Source: Methanomassiliicoccaceae archaeon
GTDB taxonomy: Archaea > Thermoplasmatota > Thermoplasmata > Methanomassiliicoccales > UBA472
Assembly (NCBI GenBank): GCA_963827135.1
Contig: CAWGZX010000005.1
Coordinates: 456,176-520,175, forward strand
DNA: 64,000 nt
Reading direction: 5' to 3'
The stretch's first letter is position 1. Each line of letters opens with the position of its first letter. The notes under the pieces were generated by a model. The model worked only from the letters and a program-made list of their open reading frames with translations, searched no databases and had not been told where the DNA came from. This document shows positions 33,635-45,900 of the stretch, in pieces. The position numbers and the translations under genes were made by a program.

Positions 33635-35500
33635 GGTCCCGAGCACCTTGGATATCTCCTTCTTAAGCAGCTCGCTAGCCATCTTGCCGTCCACCTTGCC
33701 GCGGAGGCGCTCCATCACGGGGCCCATCAACGGGCCGACCGCCCCCATGCCTTTCTCGCGGACGAAGGCCTCCCTCTCCTTTACTATCATGGCCACGACC
33801 GTCTCCGCCTCATCGGTGTCCATGCGTAACAGGCCCAGGTCCTTGATCGACTCTTCCACGCTCCTGCCCTCGCACATCCGCTTCAGCACCTGGGGCAGGG
33901 CTTCCTTGGTGAACTTGCCTTCATGGAGCGCGCCGAACGCCCTTTGCATCGCCGGATCGTCCAGCCTCGATGTGTCCGCCCCTTCCTTCTGGATCTCGGG
34001 CAAGGTGCTGAGCAACGTCCGAGCGGCCACCGCCGCCAGATCGTATCTCAAGGCGACGTCCTCGAACAGATCCTCGTATCCGTCGCGCACGATCTGGCGC
34101 GCCTGTTGCTCGTGGATGCCGTACTTCGAGACGAAGCGCTGCACCTTCTGCTCTGGCATCTCTGGGAGATTCGAACGGACCTGACCTATCCTCTGTTCGG
34201 TGATGGTGATGGGCTTGACGTCCGTCTCTGGATACATGCGGTTGGCCCCAGGAAGGGGCCGGGAATAGGTCGTGCTCCCGTCGGGCAGCGGGTCCCTGGT
34301 CTCCTCGGGCACCCCTTCCAGCGCTAAGTTGGCTCTCTCCACCGCGGCCAATAGGGCGGCCTCGGCCTTGCCCGCCTCGTCGGCGCAGATGGCGAACGCC
34401 CCCATGTTATCGAGGGCCAGGGCGTGGCGCATGGCGGCCACCTCATCCTGCGTGATGCCATAGCCAGGCAGCTCGTCGGAATGGAAGATGCCCATCACCC
34501 CGGCGCGCATCCTCGCCCTCTGGGCCATCTCGGCCCCAAGGCGCAACCTGCCATCGGGGCTTTTCATCGTGCCCTCGAACCCAGGCAGGGAGACCCCTTT
34601 GACCTTGCCTCCTTTGGATAATGAACCGACGATGACCTTGGACTTGCAGTCCTTAAGGTTGGAGGTGAGGTCGGCTACCTTCGCCTGGATAGGGGCGGCC
34701 TTCCTTGAGATGAGCACGTCCCGGACCTCCAGCAACGCCCTTTGTCTGTCGACCTCTCTCTGCACGTACTCGGGGAGCATGCGCAGCTCTTGCACCCCCT
34801 TGACCTCTACCCTCGCCCCTCCTGGAATGGAGATGTTGATGTCTTCACGGATGGTCCCCAGCCCCCTCTTGACCTTCTTGGTCGCCCTTAGCAGCGAGCC
34901 GAGCCTGGCCGCGACCTCCTTGACCTCCTCAGGGGTGTGCATGTCCGGTCCGGTCGCCACCTCGATCAAGGGAATCCCCAAGCGGTCCAGCTTGTATGTG
35001 ATCTCCTGCCCCTTGGCCTCCATCTTCCTGGCCGCGTCCTCCTCCAGGCAGATGGACTGGATGGTGATGACCTTGCCATCAACTTCCAGCGCGCCGTCCA
35101 CGGCCACCAGAGCCGTTCTCTGGAAGCCTGTGGTGTTGGAACCATCGATGACGATCTTGCGCATGAAATGCACCTCGTCGACCGCCTTGGCCTTCAGGAG
35201 GACTGAGAAGATGAGCGTGGCTTCGATGGCTTGGGAATCGGCATCATGTGGAGGCTCCTCGTCCACCTCTACCAGGCAAGTGACCTTGGACGGGGCGAGG
35301 TAGCGGAAGCGCATCTTCCTCTCCGCCTGAGCCAATGCCGCCCTGTCCACCTCCCCCAACTCGCTCTGGGTGGGGCGGAGGCGACGATGCAGCTCGAAGC
35401 CTGGAGCCTCGACCAGCTCGGTGGCGCAGGAGCAGAATAGCTTCTTCGTGTCGAGCTGTTGATGGATCTCGATGCCACAGGTGAGGACGTGCTCGGCCAT
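33626..35500 (-). CDS. gatE: Glu-tRNA(Gln) amidotransferase subunit E
   Basis: Trimmed to MAEHVLTCGIEIHQQLDTKKLFCSC... The start overlaps the gatD stop (TGATG at 35498-35502). 624 aa. Confidence 0.9.
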   Translation of the reverse strand: MAEHVLTCGIEIHQQLDTKKLFCSCATELVEAPGFELHRRLRPTQSELGEVDRAALAQAERKMRFRYLAPSKVTCLVEVDEEPPHDADSQAIEATLIFSVLLKAKAVDEVHFMRKIVIDGSNTTGFQRTALVAVDGALEVDGKVITIQSICLEEDAARKMEAKGQEITYKLDRLGIPLIEVATGPDMHTPEEVKEVAARLGSLLRATKKVKRGLGTIREDINISIPGGARVEVKGVQELRMLPEYVQREVDRQRALLEVRDVLISRKAAPIQAKVADLTSNLKDCKSKVIVGSLSKGGKVKGVSLPGFEGTMKSPDGRLRLGAEMAQRARMRAGVMGIFHSDELPGYGITQDEVAAMRHALALDNMGAFAICADEAGKAEAALLAAVERANLALEGVPEETRDPLPDGSTTYSRPLPGANRMYPETDVKPITITEQRIGQVRSNLPEMPEQKVQRFVSKYGIHEQQARQIVRDGYEDLFEDVALRYDLAAVAARTLLSTLPEIQKEGADTSRLDDPAMQRAFGALHEGKFTKEALPQVLKRMCEGRSVEESIKDLGLLRMDTDEAETVVAMIVKEREAFVREKGMGAVGPLMGPVMERLRGKVDGKMASELLKKEISKVLGTSA

Positions 35501-36825
35501 CAGGCCTCCCTCCTCGGGGACATCTCGCCTTTGAGGTTGGTCGCCATCATCGCCCTGACCTCCTCTGGCCCCTTGGCCTTGCCAAGTACCCACATCAGCT
35601 TGACCAGGGCGGTCTCCGGCAGCATGTCCTCGCCGGGGATGACGCCAGCGTTGAGAAGGTCCCTCCCGGTGTCATAGACGTTGAGGTTGACCCGGCCGCT
35701 CAGGCATTGAGAGGTCATAACCAAAGGCATTCCCTGCTTGGCATGCTTCCCAACCACCTCCAGCAGCTCCTTGGAGATGTGCCCCAGGCCAGTACCGGCG
35801 ATCACCGCTCCGCGGTGATGCGAAAGGAATGCATCGAAGGCGCTCGGGGACATGCCGGGGTAGAATTGCAACAGGCACACTCGCTCCTCCATGTCCCTGC
35901 TCAGCCTGACCTTGGAACCGGATTTCCTCCGATGAGGGGAGAGCATCTCGATCTTCCCCTCCAGGTCCATCCTCGCAACTGGGCCCTCGTTTATGCTATG
36001 GAAGGCGTCCCGACGGCTGGTGTGCATCTTTCGCACCCTTGTCCCTCGGTGAACCGCGAAAGAGGTATCGGACATGGACTCGTGCATGAGCACGAATACC
36101 TCCGCGGCATCGGAATCGACACAGAACCTCGCTGCGGAGACCAGATTAGTGTAGGCATCGGAAGAGGGGCGGTCAGACGATCTCTGTGCACCGACCAGGA
36201 GCACTGGCTTCGGGATGTCGTCCAGCATGAAGGACAAGGCGGCCGAAGTGTATCCCATGGTATCCGTCCCGTGAGGCACGATCACCCCCTCGTCTCCAGC
36301 GTTGAGGCGGTCAGCGACCTCCTCCGCCAATCTCTGCCAATACTCGATCCTCATGTTCTCCGAGAAAATGGAGAAGATGACCTTGGCCTCGACCTGGCAG
36401 ACCTCGGCCATCTCTGGTACCGCAGATACTAGGTCGGCAGCGGAAAGGGCGGGGTGCACGGCTCCGGTGCGGTAGTCGACGTAGGAGGCGATGGTCCCTC
36501 CCGTCCCTAGCACCGCCACCCTCTTCTTACCTTCCGCAAGGGAGGGGGACCTGGACGGTCTCTCCTTCTTCGCGCCCTTACTGGTCACGCTCAAGGTCGC
36601 ACCCTCCCCCAGCCTGACCCCTATGTTATAACCGCTCTTTTGCTTGAGGACCAAGACGTCCGGGTCGGAGAACTCATGATGAGGCATGAGGACACCGGAC
36701 CTTTCGGTCGAGCCCATGACGATCTTGACGTTGTCACCATCTTCGGCTCCAGCATGGCGCAGGAGCTCCGCCACCCTCCGTGAATAGCTCAATCGATCGC
36801 CTGGGTCGAGATTAGGCTTCGGCAA
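35500..36825 (-). CDS. gatD: Glu-tRNA(Gln) amidotransferase subunit D
   Basis: Asparaginase-like GTGGTIAS and HGTDTM motifs. The track start is TTG at 36825. An alternative TTG at 36792 (MSYSRRVAELL) fits typical GatD N-termini. Confidence 0.9.
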   Translation of the reverse strand: MPKPNLDPGDRLSYSRRVAELLRHAGAEDGDNVKIVMGSTERSGVLMPHHEFSDPDVLVLKQKSGYNIGVRLGEGATLSVTSKGAKKERPSRSPSLAEGKKRVAVLGTGGTIASYVDYRTGAVHPALSAADLVSAVPEMAEVCQVEAKVIFSIFSENMRIEYWQRLAEEVADRLNAGDEGVIVPHGTDTMGYTSAALSFMLDDIPKPVLLVGAQRSSDRPSSDAYTNLVSAARFCVDSDAAEVFVLMHESMSDTSFAVHRGTRVRKMHTSRRDAFHSINEGPVARMDLEGKIEMLSPHRRKSGSKVRLSRDMEERVCLLQFYPGMSPSAFDAFLSHHRGAVIAGTGLGHISKELLEVVGKHAKQGMPLVMTSQCLSGRVNLNVYDTGRDLLNAGVIPGEDMLPETALVKLMWVLGKAKGPEEVRAMMATNLKGEMSPRREA

Positions 36826-36861
36826 TAAGGTTTTTTGGAGTATGGAGGCCCAAGCTCCGCT

Positions 36862-36912
36862 CTCAGGACAAAGGAAAGAGAAAAGGGAAAAGAAGGTTTA
36901 AGGAAAAGGTTT
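36862..36912 (-). terminator. T/C-rich oligo-T terminator region after the giant beta-helix gene
   Basis: The minus strand reads CCTTTTCCTTAAACCTTCTTTTCCCTTTTCTCTTTCCTTTG directly after the stop at 36919. Confidence 0.3.
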
Positions 36913-36918
36913 GGACGC

Positions 36919-39900
36919 TTAGTCCTTCCGGGCGATGATTATCAATACGATGCCCAGTAGCAGCGCGCCGATGAGGGCTATGGTCAAGGTCAAGGTCCAG
37001 TTGAACTCGGTCACGACCTCCTGGATCCACATGTCGACATTGCCTCCGGACATGTCCACGCTAGCTTCCGCGTTAGTCGGGTTCTCTGGGAAGCTGGCGG
37101 TTACCTTGTACGGGTTCATGCCTAGATCCATGGTTCCGTCCACGGACTGCGCCCAACCCACGACCTCGAACACGGCAACGCCGTCCTCTCCGGTCTGGTC
37201 AGCACCGGCGATTACGCCCTGTGCATCGGTAATGACCAGGTAGACGTCGGCCGCGGTGCGGTTGAACTTGTCCTTGGCGGTCACTTCGAGGTCATACCAG
37301 ACCTTGATGCCGGTCTTGACGATCTCGATCATGTCCTCATTCACTGCCACGCTGGAGGTGACGACCCTTGGGGTGAACTCGACCCTGCCGCCGTAATCCT
37401 CGACCGAGGCGGGGAAGGTGACAACCGCGGAATAGGGCTCCGCGCTCGCATCCTTGCCCTCTGGGGTCTGGATGTACGACTTGACCAAGGCCTTGAACAC
37501 TCCATCATCGCCGGTCGTTCCGCTGTAGGTATACAGACCATTCGCGCTCTTGAGCACTACGATGGCGCCAGGTACCACGTGACCTTGTGGGTCAGCGGCC
37601 GTGGTCGACAGGTAGAACTTCACGATCACATTGGTCTGGATTACCACGCTGGTCGGACCGTCGACGCTGACCGTTGTCGGGTCAGGATCGGCCGGGCTGA
37701 ACTCTGCCTCGTGTCCGGGGTAGCCGCTGGTGTCTACTCCGCCGAAGGACGCATTCACCTTGTACGGGTTCATGCTGGTGTCCTTGCCGGCAGGGGTCAG
37801 CACGAAGCTGACCGCCCTGGTAGCGAAGATACCGTTCGCGTTAGTCACGCCCTTGACGGTCTCGTCTTGAGCATTCCTTACGGTCACTGGCACATCGGCC
37901 AAGGTGTTGCCCCACGGATCCTTTACCACGACGATCAAGGTGAAGGCCACCGTTATCATAGTGGCATCTTCGGCCATGACCTTGCCCACGAAATTGGTGT
38001 CCGTCACGGTCACATCTGAGCCGCCAATCGCGATCAGAGCGAAGTCTCCTGCAATTAGCGTCGCGTTGGAAATCTGTGCAACACAGTTGTTCAGGAAGAT
38101 GGCATCATCAAGGACCTTGATGGTGCCACCGTTCACGGTCACGTCAGAGTTAATGGCGACGATGCCGTCGAACACTGGAATTGGCAAGCTCATGTTGTGC
38201 AGTATTCCATCGGAGCTCATGTAGGGTACAATCACCACGCGGGACAGGATGTTGTCGTTGAAGGTCAACTCAGAGTTCACCACCATGACGCCCGTCGTTA
38301 GCATCCCGAAGTCGTTTCCGGACGTGCTAACTACTGCGCCGTCGATGGCAGTGACACCGATGTGGCCAAGCAACAGGTCTGACAACATTTCAGGACCCAC
38401 CCAGAGGTCCAGCAACGGGATGTACGCCGATTCGCCCATTTCGATCATGCCCAACAAGGGCGCGAACTGGATGATGACGTCCACCAAGGTGCAGTAACCG
38501 ATCTGGTTGTCCTCGATGCTGATCACGCCACCCTTGACGAAGATCTCCTTGTTGTTGAGCAAGAAGACGTTGTCCCGGATGGCGCCAGTGGTATCCTCCA
38601 CCAGTATGCCCGCTTCGGAGTTCAAGGCGAACACGTTGTCCGTGATAAGGCCCATGTCACCGTCACGCAAGTACATACCGCGAGCGTTTGCAGCGATCCA
38701 GCAGTCCGAGATATCAGGCGAAGCTCCATTGATGACGTAGAGCCCGTTCCTGTTGTTCATGGCGATGGTCGAGGACATGATGACCGGCGAGCAACCGTCC
38801 ACTACTACACCGTTGCGCAGATTGTACACAATCTGGCTGGCGAATATTTGGACGGATGAGGTCGGGCCCAGGTACAGCTCGAGCGCGTCGGTTACCATGA
38901 CATTCATGAAGTCCAGGCTGCCGAGCACGTTGAACTCGTAGTAGTAGCCCATTGGCTGACCCACGTCATAGAACGAGAACCAGAAGTCCACATCGACCGC
39001 CACCATCCTTCCGCCAGCCTCGACGGTGATGGTCGCGAGACCATCACTGTCATCGCCAGTGATCTCGAAGTCCATCAGCATCATCAGCAGCAGGGTGCCG
39101 CCCTCTTGAACGGTCAGGTCGCCGTTGAAGATAACAGGGTTGTTGACAACCGCGCTCTCTCCATTGACGATCCAGTCGACCGCGCTCTCGAGCAGCACTC
39201 CGTACTCACCGTTGTTGTTGAACACACCGTTGATCAGGGTGATGTCGCTGTATTGGATCCATATGCCTTCTAGGAAGTTGCCGTTGACCACGACATTTTC
39301 GACGGTTCCGGAGCTCTCGTAGATCGACAGACCGTTCCCGCCGTTCATGCTGAAGGCGCAGTCCTGGATGAGGAGACCCTCGTTATAGTCGAAGTGGCCA
39401 CCATCGTTGGCGGACATGCTGACATCGACCATTATCAACGAGATGTTGGACGAGTAGATCACCCCGACGCCCCACTGGAATCCAGTGACGGTCGCATCGG
39501 TCACAACGATGTTCTCGCTGTAATCGATGTAGATACCAACACCGTACCAGTATCCGTTCGAGCTCGGCTCTTCTTCCTCACCGTCGCCATCTTCCTCGAC
39601 CGCCATCGCGCTCAGCACATTGTTTTCAACTAAGCCATCTGCAGAGCTGGTAATGGCGATTCCGCCGTAGGCGTTACTGACGACGTTGTTCATGATCTCG
39701 AAGTCCACGCAGTTGTCTACCCAGACTCCGTACGCATCCGAAACGCCGTCGATTGTGTTCTCGCTGACGGTAACATCGAAGTACGAGCCCACGAACACTC
39801 CACCAGCGACATTGGTGATGATGTTATCAACGATCACCAGGTTGCCGGAGATGAAGTCAGACATGTACTCATCGCCCTCGATGTAGATGCCCCAGCCGCC

Positions 39901-42900
39901 ACAATCGGATATCTCGTTCTCGATTATGGTCATGCCAATCGTGTCATCCGCCCAGATGCCGTCCCCACCGAATCCGGTGATCGAGTTGCCCTGGATCCAA
40001 ACGTTGTAGGCTGGATAGGACAGGTCGTCCTCCCAATCGTACACGTCGATACCCCAGGCCTCCATTCCCGGCATCCCAGTCAGGACGTTGTCAACGATGA
40101 TGCCGCTGCCGCTGTAGACCGAGATCGCCTCATAGGCCGTGTTGGTCACCAGGTTGTCCTGGATGACGAATGCCATGTAATCGACCTCGATACCATAGTA
40201 GCACGAGTCCACCGTGTTGTCCATGATGGTCACGGACACATCGTCGACCGGCCAGCCATAGGTGTATATGCCGCCCTCCGCGCCGCTCACCATGTTATTG
40301 GTGATTAGCACGGAACCGGACACATCTGCGCCCCAGGTCTCCAAGCTGTCGTCGTAGAGCTCCACGTCGATCGCCCAGCAATATCCGTCCCAGCCGTCGC
40401 CGGAGACGGTGTTGTTGTTAACGACCACTGCAGCGTTCATTGACGCGATGGGCGAGCCCCACTGAGTGCTAACATCGGCATAGAGGTCAGTGTAGAGGCC
40501 CTCATTGTAGGCTTCCATGACCACGTTGTCCAAGATGTCCACTGTGGTCTCGACGTCGGTCATGGTCTCGCCCCATGTGGCTTCGGACCATTCCTCAATC
40601 AAGAGAGCGTAGGAGGCATACCATACCTGGTTGCCCTGGAACAGCATGTCCATCGTGGCCACTGCGCTTGCAGTGTCATCCCATCTGCGCTCCAAGGTCC
40701 ACGCTTCGGCACCGCCGCCCATGTAGACGCCGTTACCGCCATTGGCCCACATCTCGTTGTTCACAACGCTGATGCTAGCATCCAAGCTGCTCATTGCCTG
40801 ACCAGTCGAAGACTGGGTCCAGGCCTCCAGGTCCATCAACCATCCGGAATAGCTCCAGGACCAGCGGCTCAGGTAGTTGTTGTATACATCGATCGAGCCG
40901 CTAGAGGTGGCCACAGCGCTGGTGAAGACTCCATAATAGTCCTCTTGCGCCAGGTTGCTCACGTACACAGTGACGCCGTTGTAATAGGTGTTGATGTCGT
41001 TGCCGCTGACGTCCACCATGTAGGCGATGTCAGAGTCAGCGTTCACCTCGACCTCGTAGGGCGGGAAGTAGTGCTCGAACATAGCGCTCGAGTCTATGAT
41101 TACGATCACACCGTCATTGTAGCTGACGATGTCGTTGCCCTGGATGGTCACTGCGACGTCCGTGACCGCTGCGCCCCAGCTGTTATAGACGCTGGCGTCG
41201 GTCCAGATATAGACGCCAGTGTTGGCGCCCCAGATGGTGTTGCCCGCGACGTTAGCAACGAACTCCATGGTCCCGGTCCCGAGGCCCTGTGCCACCGGCT
41301 GATATGCCGTCAAGGCAAAGCCGAAGGCAGCGGAGGCCCAACCGAAGTCAAGGACGTTGTTCTCGAAGTTGGCGTTCACCGCGAGGTCAGCGCTCGAACC
41401 TGCATCAGTTCCGGTCAGGGTCTGCTCCACCGTGGCCACGACACCGTTGTCGAAGTAGGTCTCGGAGTCACTGATGGTGTTGCCCACGACCTGTAGGTTG
41501 AAGGCTGTCTCGATGCTTCCAGATGCCGCATAGACCGTCTCTGCCTCGATCGCGACTGCACCATAGCCATTGAACGGAGCTTCTGTCAGGACGTTGTCAA
41601 TCACGTTGACATCGTACTGGACGCTCGAAGCCCCATCAGCGTTGCTGATGTACTGCATGGTGGTCACGAACTGAGAGATGTCGATAACGATTGGCGGCGC
41701 TATCGGCCCGTACATGGCCTCTAGCCATGGGTTGACGCTACCAGTGATGTTGTTGTCCTGGAATGTGTTCTCGATCATGAGGTCCCAGGTTGCTCCAACG
41801 GTTATCACCGTCGTCTCCATGCTGAACATACCGGCTTGGTTGCCTTCGTTCCCAGAGACGACCTTGGTCGCGTTGAGCGCATAGCTGCCGACCAGTGCGG
41901 GATCGATTATTACGGTCTTCATCACGCCGCATGCCACGACCTGCTCGAAGACGCAGTTGGTTATGGCCATGCTGCTCTGACCGCCAGCTCCCGGACTGTC
42001 TGACAACATGATGGCCAGACCCATGATGAAGTAGAAGCTCAGATCTGTTACCTCCACGTTCATCGGGCCGTTGCGGACAATCAAGGATATCGCGGCCCAG
42101 TCACCGAACATGCTACCTCCGATGAAATCGAAGGTGGTGTCGGAGATCTCCACGGTCAGCATGCCATCGACGCACTCGAAGAGCATGCCGCCGGTCATGT
42201 AGTGGGTCACGGAGCTGTGGGTTACGCTAGCCGTAACGTTGCCCTCCGCGTGCACATATGAAGCGAAGCCTCTCGACATGCGCTCCATGGTGAAGTGCAC
42301 GCTCCTCCAGTCGTTGTATGATGCGCTCATGCTCCATAGCCTGAGGTCCCAGTTCATATACCAGCCCGCGAAGTTGACGCCATAGGCGTTGTCAATTGGT
42401 GCGGACGGAGCGTACTTGGACTCCAGCATAGCATAGCGGATCTCAGCGTTTCCATCCTCGAACAACCAGATCTGGAACACGTTCTTCAACTGCGGGCTGT
42501 CGGTCTGCCAGACGTACCAATGGAACACAATGGATCCATTGAACTTCTTGTACCCGATGCCCGGATACTCGTCGGTGACCCAGTTCTCGTTCTGGAACGC
42601 CGCGATCATGTTCGGCACTCCCGATCCGAAGCTGTAGTACGTGGCGTTCACGTCCTCTTCGCCGAACGCGATGTAACCATACTTGGACATCGTGACCTGG
42701 TCATAGACAACGCCATTGAACTCGAAGCCCCAGTCGAGGTCCACCGTCAACCAGGAGTCGAAGGTGTACTCATCGGGGTCGATCATCTGATACACGCTGT
42801 CGACCTCGCTTGGCAAGAAGATCTGCCCATCGTCGGCCGTCGAGCCATTGAAGTTGTCACGCAGGTAGATCACGTTGGCGTCGTGCGCCGCGGTGATATA

Positions 42901-45900
42901 GACACCGGCGAAGCTCTGGCCAAGTAGCTGGTCATCGACCAGTGTCACGAACGCATCGTTCGCGCTCTCCACCAGCAAACCGTACCAACCGAACTCTATG
43001 GTCGTGTTATCCACGGTCGCGTAGACATCGCCCACGAAGGTGCGCAGGAAGATGCCCCAGTAGTTGTCCGATAGATAGCACATCGTCCCATTCACAACAA
43101 CATCATCCTGGTCCGCCTCTGCGAACAGTCCGATTTCCACGTTGTTGAGGAACTGGACGTTGACCATGTTGACCTCGATTCCGCCTGCTTGCGAGTGGAT
43201 CTCGACGCCCCTGACGTTCCCTTCGAAGGTGGTGTCGGTGACGTTCAACATTACCGCACCAGCCGCGTCAAGGAACAACCCCACGTCGTTGTTGAAGAAC
43301 CACGACGGGTCTATGGTAGCATCAATCGTGCCCATGGCTGCAAGGACGTCCATTCCATTCCCACCACCATTTGTTATCTGGAGGTCGGTGAGGTCGAGCG
43401 CCACGTTGCCCATGCTCGAGAGCAATAGAACGCCAACGTTGGAGGTGTCGTTCACTACGACGCCCGTCATCGTTAGGTCCAGATCGCCCATGGCTTGCAT
43501 GACGATGCCATTGTTCGCTGTGTGGTTTATCAGAACGTCGGTCAATTCAGCTGTGAGGGAGCCTTCGTAAGCGTAGACCATTATGCCATTGGCTACGTTG
43601 TTCGCAATGCTGGCGCCGTTGATCACGACGTTGACGTCGCCGATTAGTGACTCCACTACAACTGCGTTCATTGCATCAGTGACGGTTAGGTCCTGGATGC
43701 TCACATCGACCGAGTTGTTGGCGAATACACGGATAGCCGAATCATAGTTCCAATACAGCTCCATGTTTACGGTGCCCATCTCTGCGTTCACTGGCCCATT
43801 GGGTGCCGAAAGGTAGATGCCGTAGAAGCTATTCCAGAACGGCAAGCCGCCAACGGTGTTTATCCTTGCATATCCTGAGAGGCTAAGGTCTATTCCACCG
43901 TTGTCGCTGACCAGCACGATTCCAGAGAACGCGTTGATGTCCACGTCGCTGATCGCCGCACTGATATTTCCATTGGAATAGCCCTTAAGGGCTCCATTAT
44001 CAAGATAATTCAACAACGTCACAATACTGTCTTCATCATTGTAATTCGAATAATCTGAGACAGTGATTGTAAGCCCACCATTGGGTGCCACCAATAGCAC
44101 TCCGATCGCGGGCTGCGAAATCGTCAACCTTGTGGCATCGAAGACGATGTTGCCATTGTTGGAGAATACGCTAACACCAAAGAACCCGTAGTTCACACTG
44201 AAATCAGTCAATGTGACAGAGGCACTGTGGTTGGAATAGACGTACAATCCATCCATATCGACATCGCCATTATTCGCCCACCATATTCCATCATTCCTCA
44301 GGTCGACGAGAACGTTGCTGACCGATGCAGTAACCGCTCCCTCGGTTGCATCCAGATAGATGCCTGATGCACCTGACAAGCTGCTGGTAATGGTACCGTT
44401 GGTCCAGGCGAAGTTCACATTGCCTAATGCCGATTCAGCATCCACTCCGTAGACCGTGTCGTTAATAAACACGTCCACAAGGGTAAGGGCAATGTTTCCG
44501 CTCGCGCTGACCGCCACCCCAAATACAGTGTGGTTGATCCAGGTTGGGTCTATCCTAGCGGTAATCGCTCCGTTTGGTGCAGATACCCCTATGCCCGCGA
44601 AGCAGTTCTCAATCCTCGCGTTCGTTACATCGAGGTTGACATTACCATTAGCAGTCAGAACGCTCAACCCAAGGAACAGGTTGGCCGCTTGGAAGTTCGT
44701 AGCGGTGACTGACGCTGTGGTGTTGACGCTGCAATAGACACTGCCTTGGCCGATGCTAGCGAAGTCGCCGATGATGGAAACGTCGGTCATTGTGATAGTG
44801 GCGCCTCCTTCATACGATATGACGTAAACGCCATATCCGTCGACTTGCGACATTATTACGTTGCTCAAGGCAACTGTTACAGTGCCAAATGCCTCCGCAT
44901 AGATGCCATACTGCGTCATATTCTCAAAGGTGACGTCGGATACGGCGATGTTAGCCCCCCCGAAGGGAGCTAAGGCGAACACACCGATAGTGGCATTCTG
45001 TACCTTCATATTGGTCAGGGTCACTTGGGCCAATCCCCCTGGGGCAGTGGTCAAAGCGCCTGCGGCATAGGTCGTGCCAAGGTCTATGATGTTACCTAAT
45101 GTGACACCATTGACGCTCACGACGGCGTTCGCATTACTCGAAACCGCCGCGGCACATGACTGGGCGTAGTATATGGCTGCCCCACCGCTGATGCTGACCG
45201 ACGCATTCCAATAAGCTTGAGCTAAAACCGCGGTGCTCATGCCTGCCGTAGGAGATGTGTAAAGACCGCCTACAACGCTTATGGATGCGTTCTCCGAGGA
45301 AGTCGCCCTGATCGCATTGCCATCAACGTTGGCCATTACGCAATCCGTGACGGTCGCCACGATGTTGCCGCCGTTGGTCACTAAGACCAATCCGTTGGCT
45401 GCATCATTGATGACGAACCCTGCCGCAGCAACATTCAAGTTACCGGTATTCCTAACAATGGTAACTGCGCTGCCAGACACGAATTGTATGGTTCCGCTGA
45501 CGGCCGCTGTCGTATCAGTGACCGTGACTGCGTTGGTGGCATAGCTAATGGAGAAGAACCTCAGGCTCGATCCTGCAGGACCATTCAGATAAATGCCGTC
45601 CCAGGACCCGGGTACAGCCCCGGTTGAGCTTGAGAACCTAATGGCGCCGTTCGAGGCGCTCGTACCATTAGCCCATAAATAACCATCAACAGTCAAACTT
45701 GATCCATCGGTGAAATTCACGTACACTCCGGGGTCGATCTTAAGCCAAACCCCGCTTTGTACACTGATATCACCATCAATCACATAGTCATCCGCCGTCG
45801 TCCACTGTGTATTCACAGCGATGTCGGCGTTAACTGTAGTCGTCGCGCTCGCATTGCTGGTGTTAAGCAATAACACCAACGCAAAAGCGAATACGAGCAA